Shown in pieces: positions 12,763 through 24,713 of a DNA stretch of 64,000 bases; the first letter of the stretch is position 1, and each line of letters starts with the position of its first letter. The translations under genes and the position numbers were made by a program. This DNA comes from Octopus vulgaris (taxonomy: Eukaryota): contig OX597827.1 of assembly GCA_951406725.2 (NCBI GenBank), positions 52,762,001 to 52,826,000 of the forward strand. The letters run 5' to 3'. Below the pieces are notes generated by a model. That model was not told the DNA's origin, ran no database searches, and saw only the letters and a list, made by a program, of their open reading frames with translations.

Positions 12763-13740
12763 AGCGGTGAGCTGGCAGAATCGTTAGCATGCCAGGTGAA
12801 ATGCTTAGCAGTATTTCTTCTGTCTGCATGTTTTAAGTTCAAATTTCACTGGGGTTGACTTTACCATTCATCCTTTCTGGGTTGATAAAATAAGTACCAG
12901 TTGAGCACTGGGGGTTAATGTAATTGACTATCCCCTGCCCCCAAATTTAAGGCCAGAAACAATTATTGTTATTATTATCTTTATAATATAGGGCAGTGAG
13001 CTGGCAGAATTGCTAGCACACTGGGCAAATTGCTTAGCAGCATTTCGTCCATGTTTACATTCTGAGTTCGAATTCTGCTGAGCTCGACATTGCCTTTCAT
13101 CATTTCAGGGTCAATAAAATAAGTACCAGTTGATCACTAGTGTAGATGTAATTGACATACACTCTCCCACCAAATTGCTGGCCTTGTACTTATAGAAGAA
13201 AAGATTATTATTAAGGTGGTGAGCTGGCAGAGACGTTAGCACGCTGGGTGAAATGCTTAGCAATATTTTGTCTGTCTTTACGTTCTGAGTTCAAATTCCG
13301 TCGAGGTCGACTTTGTCTTTCATCCTTTTGGGGTCGATTAAATAAGTACAAGTTACACACTGGGGTCAATATAATCGAATTAATCCGTTTGTCTGTCCTT
13401 GCTTGTCCCCTCTATGTTTAGCCCCGTGTAGGCAATAAAGAAATAAGAAAAGATTATTATTATCATTATTATTACTACTACTACTATTTTTTACCACCAC
13501 CATCAGTTACTACTATTATTACTACTAAAGCAGTGAGCTGGTGGAATTGTTCGTACGTTGGGCAAAATGCTTAGTGGCATTTCTTCTGGATCTTTATGTT
13601 CTGAGTTCAGAGTTGACGGTCAACTTTGCCTTTCTTCCTTTTTGGATCAACAAAATAAGTACCAGTTGAGCAGTGGGGTCAATGTTATTGACTAATCCCG
13701 GCCCTCAAAATTTCAGGCCTTGTGCCAATAGTAGAAAGGA
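12763..13740 (+). mobile_element. Four head-to-tail SINE-A copies (starts about 12763, 12991, 13213, 13528)
   Basis: Each begins (A)GGCGGTGAGCTGGCAGAA-like; separated by (TTA)n/(CTA)n tracts. Confidence 0.9.
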
Positions 13741-14057
13741 TTATCATTATTATTATTGTTGATAGAGAAAAAAAAGTGATGATTTAACAGAAACAGTAGA
13801 GTCCTGCAGTATTCATTTCTCTTCCTCAAATGTCAACTCTTGTTGGATTTAAATTAAATATTTCCTCAATCAAGAGTCAATAAAAGATGATTTAGTCAAT
13901 TTTTGGAGTCATTGTAATGGACTCTCGCCCAGACATGGGTAACCTTTTCTGAGAAACAGGTTCCATGAGATATAGCTTATCCTCAGGCAGACTACCAAAA
14001 AGATTCAAGTTAAATTTTCAGGTGAAGAAATAGTAGGTTTCTCAGGTGACTTTAATA

Positions 14058-14235
14058 GTGCTGGTGGCATGAGAAAAACACCTGGTACACATTGTAAAGT
14101 GGTTGGCATTATGAAGAGCATACAGCTGTAGAAACCACGCCAGTCATTGGAGGATTTTGTGGTATTTGGATCTACTGGATCTTGTCAAACCATCCAACCC
14201 ATGCCAGCATGTTTTACATGGGTGTTAAATAATGA
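14058..14235 (+). mobile_element. RTE 3'-UTR repeat (family C)
   Basis: Diverged family match. Confidence 0.72.
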
Positions 14236-14984
14236 TACACATATGCATATATATGTGTGTATATACATTTTTAAATTTTTTTACTTGTTTCAGTTATTGG
14301 TCGCAAGAGATAAAGAGCTGACTCCTCCATAACTAGTTGTCCCATTCCCTGACCTACTTTGATACATTAGCAGTTCCCTAATATATACTCAATTTTTTCA
14401 TCATTAGTAAATCTAGAAATATCAGCAGCATATCCTGTAAACAAAAAAGGAAAAAAAAAAAGGTTTATCTGTTTTTATCCTTTCTGTTTAACTTACATTT
14501 CCTTCTTCTCCAAATTTCTCTAACATCTCCCATGCTGTGGATTCATTGAAAACTGAAATTAAAATGTAAAAAAATGGTTATCAGACTGTGTAAAAGAAGG
14601 AAATAGGGGAGACAGAAAATATAAGAAATTAAGATGAAAATCAGAAAAGAATTAAACCACATAATAATAAAGAAATGACACCATTTGAATTTACATAAAA
14701 AAAAAAAAAAATCAGAAAAAAAATCAGAGAACTTTTGAGCAAATATTCCTTTCTGTTCAAATTCCATTGGTAGCACAGAACATCCAAGTTTCTTTCCATT
14801 TAAAGATTTTTCCTCAGATTTTTTCAGTTTGGTTGTCAATTTTCAAAACTTCAAAGTTTATTAAAAATTTTAAAATTTGGTACATTAATGTAGTTTTCCA
14901 AGCTGAATCTCGAAAGATATTTCACTTTTTCCAGAAAATTTTTAAAAAGAAGTTTATAGAGGTTTAAAGTTTCATAATTTTTAC

Positions 14985-16100
14985 CCAGTCAGAAAACAAG
15001 ATTTGGAAGCTGCCATTTTGTGCGTGACACAACATATCAACTGTAAACAGAAAAGCCGTTGGAAAACCGATTATAGCAGCAACTCCAAATTTGTTCGACA
15101 ATAACTTTCCAGCATGGTCGCAGTCAAATGACTGAAACAAGTGAAAGATAAAAGACGCGCGCGTGTGTGTGTGTGTGTTTGTCCCACACCATCGCTTGAC
15201 AACCAGTGTTGGTTTGTTTACGTCCCCGTATCAAGAGACTGATACAAGAACAAAGTTAAATAGAAAAAGAATTACTGAGGTCAACTCGTTCGTCTATAAC
15301 CCTTCAAGGCTGTGCCCAGGAAGGCAGCAGTCTGAAACAAAAGTTATACTTGCTACAATGGGTAAAGAGCTTGTATCGTCTTTAATCCGAACCGAACATT
15401 CAGATTGATAGAAAACATGTCATCAGCCAAAAGCTCAGTGTTTTAATTCGTAACTGAGCACTTTAATTCCACTACTACTGAGTTTGAAATATTACAAGTA
15501 GTAAAATACGTAAAAAAAAAAAATGAACGAACAGGTTGAAAGAATAAGATATCAAGAGTTGTCTCCCTGAGACCAATGTACCAACTCACTAACGAGGGAG
15601 CTTTCTGTGTGGTCACTCGCTCGCTTTGCAAGAAATAGCAGTTAAATCGGCACTCCATTTCCGTTTCTAGAGTCCCACAACAGTAAAAATATTTTACTTT
15701 GTCAGGAGTAGGTGCTTTCAGGTCAAAAATGGGAAACTTTCCATTAGCGAATAATAATTGTTTCAATACGTTCGCATCAATATTATTAGTAGTAATACTG
15801 AGACCAGATTTGAACTGGATTCTGAATGATGTGCTCTGTATATTTATCACGATAGTATCTCTTGCAATTAGCACCCAGATCCTTTTTTTTTTTTTTCATA
15901 CTTGCTATATCATTTGCCCAACAAAGTATAAAACTGATGACTTATACATACATAATTTTGCTAGGAAAAATGTATGTTCAGGATGACAATTTCTTTCTAC
16001 AAATTTTTAATGTACAACTATAGGGCAATCATCTGCACGATGCGGGTCGTATGAGTTTCATATCCTCTCAACAATCAGGTAAGTTAAATGATAATGTTTC
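14985..16100. promoter_or_regulatory. Candidate bidirectional promoter inside the intron
   Basis: CpG retention; YY1-like CAAAATGGCAGC (minus, 15009-15020) followed by TGG|gtaaaa; plus-strand CAG|gtaagt donor at 16078/16079. Confidence 0.45.
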
Positions 16101-16335
16101 ACAAAAGTAAATACGTCTCGTGTATTTGTTGTTCTAATACTCTGCTGTTAATATTCAATACACTTAGGTAGTTAAAAAGTCATGCTTTGTCCATATAAAA
16201 ATGAATGTAATCAGAGAATATTTAAAGCAAAACTTGGGATTCTGCTATAGTTTCTGCATGTTAAGGATGGAATTAATCAAGGAATTGAAAAAGAAATTTG
16301 AAAGGAAGTTCTAATGATATAGCAAGAACATAATA

Positions 16336-16565
16336 TATTTCCTTACTACCCACAAGGGGCTAAACACAGAGGGGACAAACAAGGACAGACAAAGGGATTA
16401 AGTCGATTACATCGACCCTAGTGCGTAGCTGGTACTTAATTTATTGACCCCGAAAGGATGAAAGGCAAAGTCGACCTCGGCGGAATTTGAACTTGGAACG
16501 TAACGGCAGATGAAATACGGTTACGCATTTCGCCCGGCGTGCTAGCGTTTCTGCCAGCTCGCCGT
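16336..16565 (-). mobile_element. SINE family A, young copy
   Basis: CpG-rich; perfect 12-bp TSD AAGAACATAATA. Confidence 0.92.
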
Positions 16566-17120
16566 AAGAACATAATAAATGTTTAAAACTGAGCCCTTAG
16601 TATTAAAGTTCATACATATAATGATGACTAAGCAAAGGAATAGATAGGAATGTTGCAGGATATGAAGCATAATAATATTTAAGGAGTGCAGCAGCATTCC
16701 AAGTAAGCTGACTCTATGAACCAATATTTAACTAGTACTAAATATAGTGTTTCAACCATGTAAGTTGATGAAATCTAAACATATTGATGAGGCTATGGTT
16801 TAAGACAGCACAGAGTTCATTCCAAGAAGTAGATAAGTTATGTTACTAAGGCAATCTAATCATTGTTGGATTGATAAAATAAGATCCTTCTGATATTAAG
16901 AGTGAGTATTAGTGCCTAGAATATGAAGTAATTTAAAGGAATTTAAAGAAGTTTAGAACTTTTCCCTATATGCAAAAAAACAGAGTATTTGACATTTGTG
17001 TCGTTCAGACTCAGAAAGTACAAAATGTTCAGATACTGAAGAAAAGGCTTACACTGGATAAAAATAGATGCCTTGATTTAATTTTTTAAAAATAGTAGTA
17101 AGTAAAGATTTATAACAGTA

Positions 17121-17510
17121 TAGGTGCAGGAGTGGCTGTGTGGTAAGTAGCTTGCTTAACAACCACATGGTTCAGTCCCACTGCGTGGCACCTTGGGCAA
17201 GTGTCTTCTACTATAGCCTTGGGCCGACCAAAGCCTTGTGAGTGAATTTGATAGATGGAAACTGAAAGAAGCCCGTCGTATATATGTATATGTATGTGTG
17301 TGTGTATGTTTGCATGTCTGTGTTTGTCCCTCAACATCACTTGACAACTGATGCTGGTGTGTTTATGTCCCCGTAAGTTAGCGGTTCAGCAAAAAAGACC
17401 GATAGAATAAGTACCAGGCTTACAAAGAATAAGTCCTGGGGTCGATTTGCTCGACTAAAGGCAATGCTCCAGCATGGCCACAGTCAAATGACTGAAACAA
17501 GTAAAAGAGT
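17121..17510 (+). mobile_element. SINE family B (tRNA head, central TA/TG microsatellite, tail ...CCAGCATGGCCACAGTCAAATGACTGAAACAAG)
   Basis: Full-length copy; GTGGCTGTGTGGTAAG A-box-like and GGTTCAGTCCC B-box-like; more than 10 copies in the window. Confidence 0.9.
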
Positions 17511-19124
17511 ATATTAAGTATTCAATCAGTGCCTCTGATAATTAACTTCGATTTTATTGTGGTTTTTCTGTGTGGACAAGATGATTATACACAAAACTCT
17601 TTGCACAAAGGAAACAAAAAGTGAATATATATGTACATGTGTGTGTGTGTGTGTCTGAGAAGTGGACTCTCCCATCAACTTGATAAATGAGCTTTCAGTA
17701 ATTCAGTCAAATAGATGACCTACTCATTGAATTAGTAAGTGGAGTGGCTATATTTTCCATTGATATGTGTACTTCTAATGCAATTTCCAAGTAGAATCAA
17801 TGTAACAAGACTAGACTTTTGAATCATGGGTACAGTCCATCTGAATAGCTTCTTCACAGTTTATGTCTACTAAGTTTATTCCCAAGGCTTGATCCCACCC
17901 AAGCCTTGTGAGTAAAGGCACTTTCTCAAGCTGCTATGCAACGGGATCGAACCTTGAACCTCAATATTGCATTTAGCCTTGTCTGTGTCCCTTATGCATG
18001 CATGCATATATACATACATCCATTCAAGCAAACAAGCAAAAAACAAACAATAAATCATTGTGTGCAATGAACAGTAAGAATCAGAGTAATGACATCCATA
18101 TTCATTCTGGCAGATTAGACTGTGAATATGCTAATCAATGTTGCATTTCATCATTGGAGAAGAACTTCTCCTTTCAGATAAATATGTGTTCATAACATAC
18201 TTGATTCATTAGCAAAAAGAGACTTTGGGACATCAGGTGTTTTAACATCATTCTGTCTCCTCAGTCAAATCTGGTGTACGGATGGGAGATTTAAGAGGAT
18301 GATAGGGTGTCTTTAGAACAAGACATGAAGGTGAAAGGATGATGGTGGGTTTTGAACAAAGACAGATCTGATGCCATCCCTTGTTAATGAGATTGAATAG
18401 AGAATATCACACAAAATATGAGAAAGGAAGGGTGAGTGATAGGAAGAGATAAGGTGGCAGATGAAGGAGAGAGGATGAACAAATTTAATTTCAACTCAAC
18501 TAATCACAAAATTTTCGATCTAACTGAAAACATGCAATTCTTATGCTCTCAAGCAAATTGCATGCAGGCACATTGGTTTCTCAGAGAAATATACATTTTT
18601 TTTTTATTAATGTGTATCGCATCCTACAAACCAAAATTAGTTTTATCATTTTATGGTAGTGATACCAGTCTGCACACAGCATTTCTGTCAAATGTCATTC
18701 AAAATGTCAATTAGCAATCATTTTCCTGTTCTTCATCAGCAAATGATGAAAGTATTGATCCATCTTTTCAGAAATTTTTTTAGTTACTACCCTGATTGAA
18801 GATAGTCAGAAAAAACATTAGTTTCATTGAAAAGATTTACAATATGATAAACCATAGTTACTGAGCCTTCAACATCAGCAGTTATAGTTAAAAATCTCTA
18901 TTTCAGCTTATGCAGTTAAAAAATTCTTGATCACATTTTTGTTGATAAACACTTTTATTTCCCAACACAACATATCTTAGCATGAGATAATCAAATAGTT
19001 ATGAATAGTTTGTCTTATTTAGAAAATTAAAATATTAAAATAAAAATAATTTTTTTCTGAAATGTGCTTAAATTAAGTGACATTTGTATTTGAGGTTCAA
19101 CAAATACAGTTGGTAGTCCTTTAC

Positions 19125-19219
19125 CTGCAATGCTTGGGACCAGACTGGAAGAGTTTGGGATTTCAAAATGACATGTTTGTTTTTAGTAAATTGGAACAGC
19201 TTGGGTCTGGGACCCAAAT
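19125..19219 (-). CDS. Coding exon 4 (DLGPRPKLFQFTKNKHVILKSQTLPVWSQALQ)
   Basis: atacttttag| acceptor, CAG|gtaaag donor, 95 nt open in the phase 1 required by exon 3; phase 0 out; next exon not found in the window. Confidence 0.7.
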
Positions 19220-19249
19220 CTAAAAGTATTTACATTTCACAATACAGTC

Positions 19250-19640
19250 TCAGGCTTGGTTATGTGGTTAAGAAGCTTGTAACCATGTGGTTTTGGGTTC
19301 AGTCCCACTGCACAGCACTTTGAACAAGTATCTTCTATTATATCCATGGACTGACCAATGCCTTATGAGTGAATTTGGTAGATGGAAACTGTGTGGAAGC
19401 TTGTTGTATATATGTGTGTGCATGTGTGTGTGTAAGCATGTGTGCATGCATATGTGTAAGTGTGTGTGTGTTCCTGTTTGACAACCAGTGTTGATTTGTT
19501 TATGTCCCTATAATTCAGTGGTCAGGTGAAAGAGATCTGATAAAATAAAAACCAGACCTAAAAAAAAGTACTGGACTTTATTTGTTCATCTAAACCCTTC
19601 AAGGCAGTGCTCCAGCATGGCTGCAGTCTAATGATTACAA
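19250..19640 (+). mobile_element. SINE family B
   Basis: Family match, diverged. Confidence 0.82.
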
Positions 19641-19848
19641 GATATACTGTGACGAGTAGTTTTATAAAAATCTTGTGATAGTCCAATTTCACATGACATT
19701 AATTTTCACCAAAATAATTCTTATTACACTTTTTACTATCAACTTGTCAACAACATAGAACAATTTTTAAAAACCTTTCCAATTACCTTCAAGACTTTCC
19801 CAATTGTGGCACTTCTAATATGCAAAAAAATATCTAATTTTGGTTATA

Positions 19849-20383
19849 CCCTTCTGATATCAACCTGCCTGAGACTGACTCTGATTCTATGATAAAAAAT
19901 TTATCATCATCAACAACAACATTTAACATCCTTTTTCCATGCTGGAATGGATTGAACAGCTTGGCAGGAACTGCCAGGGTAAGGGGCTGCACCCGGTTCT
20001 ATAGTTTGTTTTGGCTTGGTTTCTACAGCTGGATACCCTTCCTAACACCAACCACTTTACAGAGTGTATTTGGTGCTTTTTATGTGGCACCAGCACCCAT
20101 ATCAATGCTTTTTGTGTGGCACCTTGATTTTAGGGTCTTAATTCTGTTGTGGTGGGCAGGTCTTCTCGAGTATAACAATGCACCACATATCTTGGTACTC
20201 TGTCATAAAATTTATATTTTAAAATATTCTAAGTTAAAAACTTTCCTTTAAAATTTTGTGTTAATTTATGTACCAAATACCAGCTTAATAGTTAGAAAAA
20301 AAATTTTATGAAATTCTGCATTATCTAAAAAATTAATTGAAATAAAGGCAGTGTATTTCAACAAAGAAATGATAATAAAAGGG
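19849..20383. mobile_element. piggyBac-type MITE (opposite orientation) split by an RTE-tail insertion (about 19905-20200, minus)
   Basis: CCCTTCTGATA...TAATAAAAGGG|TTAA; both halves match the reverse complement of the other copies. Confidence 0.65.
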
Positions 20384-21304
20384 TTAAGAAAATGGATTAC
20401 TGTGCTTTCAGTGACTGCATAATGCTAATTAAAATTTTTGTGCTTAAACTTAACACTGTTTGAAAAATAAAAAATTCTCATTTTGTTTTGAATCATCAGT
20501 AATTAAATAAACGGAAATAATTGAAGTTTACTCATCAGTATATCCTCATTTTTAAACAAAGCAAAGTCACTGTGCATGCGTGTATATATGTCTATGCATG
20601 TATGCTTCTATATGTATATGTACATATAAGATTTTTGTTATTAGAAAATTTTGGAATATTGTAGTTAACACTGTTGTTGTTATGTAGTAGAAAGACTATC
20701 AAAATGTTTGCTAAGTGGAATAAATTATATCTAAGTGTATCTGTCCTTTGATATTTGAGGTAATAGAAGAGAGAGAAAATATATTAACAAGATTGAAAAG
20801 ACTTAAAAAAAAAAAAAGAAATGTAAACACTTAACTTGGCAGGGTAAAGAAATGAGTCATTCCCCGAGATAAAGCATTTGGATTTGTGTGTGTGTATGTG
20901 TAATTATGTCATAGAAAAAAGCTGAGAGAAAAGTAATAACATGTACACTCGTATATACAACACATACCACCACCTGTCTATTTGTTTGTCTGCATGCATG
21001 TACGTAGATAAGTACATATGTAGGCATCTAAGAGGCATCCGTCAGCATTGCAGACTGAGCACACCTGTGGAAGAAGATGAAGAGCAAGTGCTGAAATGAT
21101 TTGGAAGCCTAATCATTTAAACCTGCAGTCTTGACTGTAGATATCACACCACACATTTACACTCTGGTGGAGTCCTCAACCCCACATGGAGATGAAGGAT
21201 TAGAGCCAAGACACAGCATATCTTGGGTATTTTTGAAGCTGATAAAGCTCATCCCACTTTTTATCTGAGCACAAGCAAAATGCTAGTGTCAGGTTACTGA
21301 CACC

Positions 21305-21699
21305 CATACCAGTGGTACATAAAAACACACACTACACTCTCGGAGTGGTTGGTGTTATGAACGGCATCCAGCCTCAGAAACCTTGTCAAATCAGGTTGGA
21401 AGCTGGTGCAACCCCCAGATTATCAGTTTTCAGTCAAGCTGTCCAACCCAAGCCAGCATGGAAAGTGGACATATGATGATGATGATGGTGCCATGCAAAA
21501 AGTACGCATGACAGTGCCATGTTAAAAGCATCTAGCACATTCTGTAAAGCAGCTGGCATTAGGAAGAGCATCCAGCCACAAAAGCCAAGCCAAATCTAAC
21601 TGGAACCTGGTACAGCTCTCCAGCTTGCCAGCTCTTGTCAAACTGTACAACCTATGCTAGCATGGAAAACAAATGTTAAAGGATGATGAGGATGATGAT
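21305..21699 (+). mobile_element. Two tandem RTE 3'-UTR repeats (family C)
   Basis: Two copies, each ending in (GAT)n. Confidence 0.82.
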
Positions 21700-22217
21700 T
21701 ACAGATGTACATACATACAATTGAAATTGTGACATTACTTATGCTTTGCATGCTTGTATGTGATCAGAATTATTCTACCTCTTGACAAAAACAAACTTGC
21801 AATCTTATTCAAGCTAACAGTATCCTCCACTGACTTAGCTAAAGAAATTATTCGCTATGTCCTTGACTTGGCTGATCACACCAAGACCTCAGTAACTACC
21901 CATTCCCAGTGCATTGGCTGTGTTGCCCCTCATTGCAGGTGATGACCTCTTAGGATCATTTCTACAAAGGATCACATAATCAAGTGGCAGTTCTACAGGA
22001 GATGGAGAATCTGGTGATATCAGCCCCTTGAAAACATTATCATAATTAGCAGACATACTTGGGGAAAATATTTAAGAGTTATTTGTTCAATTGACGCTAG
22101 ATGAGCTTTTTAATCAATATATTTAGTCCAGGTTGTATTTCTGCCAGCACGAATGAGATGAGGAAAATTTTGATAGGTTGTCCTTGTGATGAACCAGTTA
22201 TCAAGTCTTGTATTTTT

Positions 22218-22555
22218 ATCTTATCTGTTTCAATCATTAGACTGCACCACATTGGGGCACTACCTCGAAGAACTTTTAGTCAAATGAGTTGACCTCAGTT
22301 CTTATTTTGCTTTTGAGCCTGATATTTATTCTATCGGTCTCTTTTTGCCAAACTGCTAAGTTACAGAGATATAAACAAACCAACACCAGTTGTCAATCAG
22401 TGGTGGTGGTGGGACACAGACACATACAGTTACTGTCTTGGTTGGCCTGAGGCTATAGTAGAAGACACTAGCCCAAGGCACCAAACAGTGGGACTGAACC
22501 TGCACCCATGTTGTTGGGAAGCAAGCTTCTTACGACACAGCCATGCCTGTACCTA
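22218..22555 (-). mobile_element. SINE family B
   Basis: Family match with internal deletion. Confidence 0.82.
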
Positions 22556-22825
22556 TAAAACTGCTTTATTCTAAAAATGGTTTACTGTTTTTTTCTTAAT
22601 TCATCAACTAATTTCTCAGTTGGAAATAACTTGCATGCACCAGAATAAACTCAGGGTAAGATATAATACAGTTTCAATTACAGTTGAAGCCATTTCACTA
22701 GTGCAGTTAATGTACTTGGAAAAAACAAAAAAGTCATGTGACAAATTTTCCATTCCTCTAATTTTGACATAATTAATATTTATTCATGACCTGCTGTGTA
22801 TATCAACATCAACATGAAAATAAAT

Positions 22826-23170
22826 ATCAAATGGAAATTGTAGTTGTGATGCCTGTGCTTGGGGCACGTAAAAGGCACCATCCAACTGTGGCCGATGCCA
22901 GCGCCGCCTTGACTGGCTTCTGTGCCAGTGGTATGTAAAAAGCACCAACCGATCGTGGCCACTGCCAGCCTCCCCTGTCACCTGTGCCGGTGGCACGTAA
23001 AAAGCACCCACTACACTCACGGAGTGGTTGACATTAGGAAGGGCATCCAGCTGTAGAAACACTGCCAGATCATACTGGACCCTGGTGCAGCCTCCTGGCT
23101 TCTCAGACCCCAGTCGAACCGTCCAACCCGTGCTAGCATGGAAAACAGATGTTAAACGATGATGATGATG
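22826..23170 (+). mobile_element. RTE 3'-UTR repeat (family C)
   Basis: Family match with three internal GGCACGTAAAA-type sub-repeats. Confidence 0.88.
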
Positions 23171-24307
23171 AACAAAATGAGGGAATGAGTTTCAAAATCA
23201 TCAGGAAATGTAGATGTTTTTATGAAACTACATAACTAAAACCAAAGTTTTACTCTCAATTCCTTATTCACAATTTAAATGAAAAACTTTTTAAATGTTC
23301 ATTTGCTTCATTTTAAAATCTGTTGTAGTACATAGCAGTTTCTTCTATCAAAGTGGGTCTCAAAGACATTATTGCTTCCAGGTCTAACAAAGGATTACAA
23401 TACAGGATATATGGTGAAACTGAAGATCTTTTCAGCCCAAGCTATCATGGAAACAAAAATACACTAAAGAAACAATGATTGTTTAACAACTTCAGACCAG
23501 CCCTGAACAAGCAGATGTTCTAGTGGTAATCTCTACTCAGCTACCTTATCTATTACTCTTTTATATTTTATTTAAAATGATAATTTAAGAGAGAGATTTC
23601 TTTATCACTAGCAGGTCAAGTGATTGTAGAGACTACTTGTTGGCTCACAGTAATGATGGTGGTAATGATAAGGGTTATAAATACTAAACATGTCAGTGGA
23701 GTAAACACTAAAAGCACATTGGCAATACAGTGGGAGGTGATTTTGGTGTTGTTGTTGGTGGTGGGACAAAGGAAGTAATGGTAGAACATTGTGTTGAAGA
23801 AGTAGCTTGTTCATATGGTTCTATTCTCCAACTAATTGCAGCAGATGTAGAGATAAAGCTCTCCCTCTCACACATACACACACATACTACCATGATTGCG
23901 CAACTTAGTGAAGCAGGAAGTAACTAATATACCAGTACTACAACATTATTTTTGCGTATCTAGTTTAAAGCTTTGAATTACTGTGCTTAAATCCACCACT
24001 GTTAAATAAAACGAATAAAAATAATAGACTTAAATCAACAGTTTGATATTCCTACTTATTGCCTATGTAAACAATTTTTCTTTATAAACATTCATTTTCT
24101 ATTCTATAGGAGAAGGAGAGATTTGATACAAATGCAAGTGAACCATAAACTATACATCATTTCGAATCTTAAGTTTGACTTTGCTTTTCATTCATATGTA
24201 TGAATGATATAAAAATCAATAATATATTGGACTGAAGTTAGTAGTCTATATCTCCTTAAAAAAACAAAAAAAACAAAACAAAATGACTGTATCACATCAA
24301 ACAATAT

Positions 24308-24462
24308 ATATTTAGAAGGTTATGGCCAGTCAGAGAGTGATCATTGGTTTTGCACCAATAAAGCACTTAGCTGTATAGTTGCCTATACAGTTAAGAGCTT
24401 TATCAGTCTGAAACCAATGGTCACTTTCTGACCAGCCATAAAAAAAAAAACTTTCTAAATAT
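24308..24462. repeat. Imperfect long inverted repeat / hairpin
   Basis: About 59-bp arms (24320-24378, 24383-24441) around a TTGC loop, plus short outer arms. Confidence 0.9.
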
Positions 24463-24601
24463 TTTTACGCTAATGTTTTAGAGTCTGCTTCTTTTTCAGA
24501 TATATGAACTACTGACTGATATAATAATATATCTTCTTTATCTTTGTCTAGTTTCAGCTCACGAGCTGTGGCCATGCTGGGGCACCGCCATTAAAAATAT
24601 C

Positions 24602-24713
24602 TGCCCTGGGTGAGGCTCAAACTCACAACCTCCGCATATCTCCTGTTTTGTGAACAACACAAAGAAGGTACTGTCTATAAGTACGGCGTGCTAACCGATT
24701 GTGCCACCGGCAT
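24602..24713 (-). pseudogene. tRNA-Ile(TAT)-derived pseudogene with retained 38-nt intron (24638-24675)
   Basis: TGGCACAATCGGTTAGCACGCCGTA-CT-TAT-A [intron] ATGCGG-AGGTT-GTGAG-TTTGAGC-CTCAC-CCAGGGCA matches metazoan Ile-TAT layout; anticodon and T stems pair; D stem, B box (TTT for TTC) and 5' acceptor strand are damaged. Confidence 0.85.

Noticed and set aside
12763-13740. Regularly spaced repeats resembling a CRISPR-like array
   Set aside because: Units are about 200-bp diverged SINEs in eukaryotic DNA, with no short repeat-spacer structure or cas genes
14367-14434. Acceptor at 14434 as the next coding exon
   Set aside because: After exon 4 (phase 0) it reads DMLLIFLDLLMMKKLSIY-stop; after exon 3 it reads GYAADISRFTNDEKIEYILGNC-stop. 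A UTR or alternative terminal exon cannot be excluded, but it is not supportable as CDS.
14981-15016. ATGGCAGCT... as a gene start
   Set aside because: Stops after 11 codons unspliced and within a few codons if spliced to 14434; better explained as a YY1-like motif or uORF
15443-15874. 143-aa minus-strand ORF
   Set aside because: Non-ATG start, no recognisable motifs, no supporting splice signals
24602-24713. Functional tRNA-Ile gene
   Set aside because: Acceptor stem, D stem and T-loop C56 are disrupted; called a pseudogene
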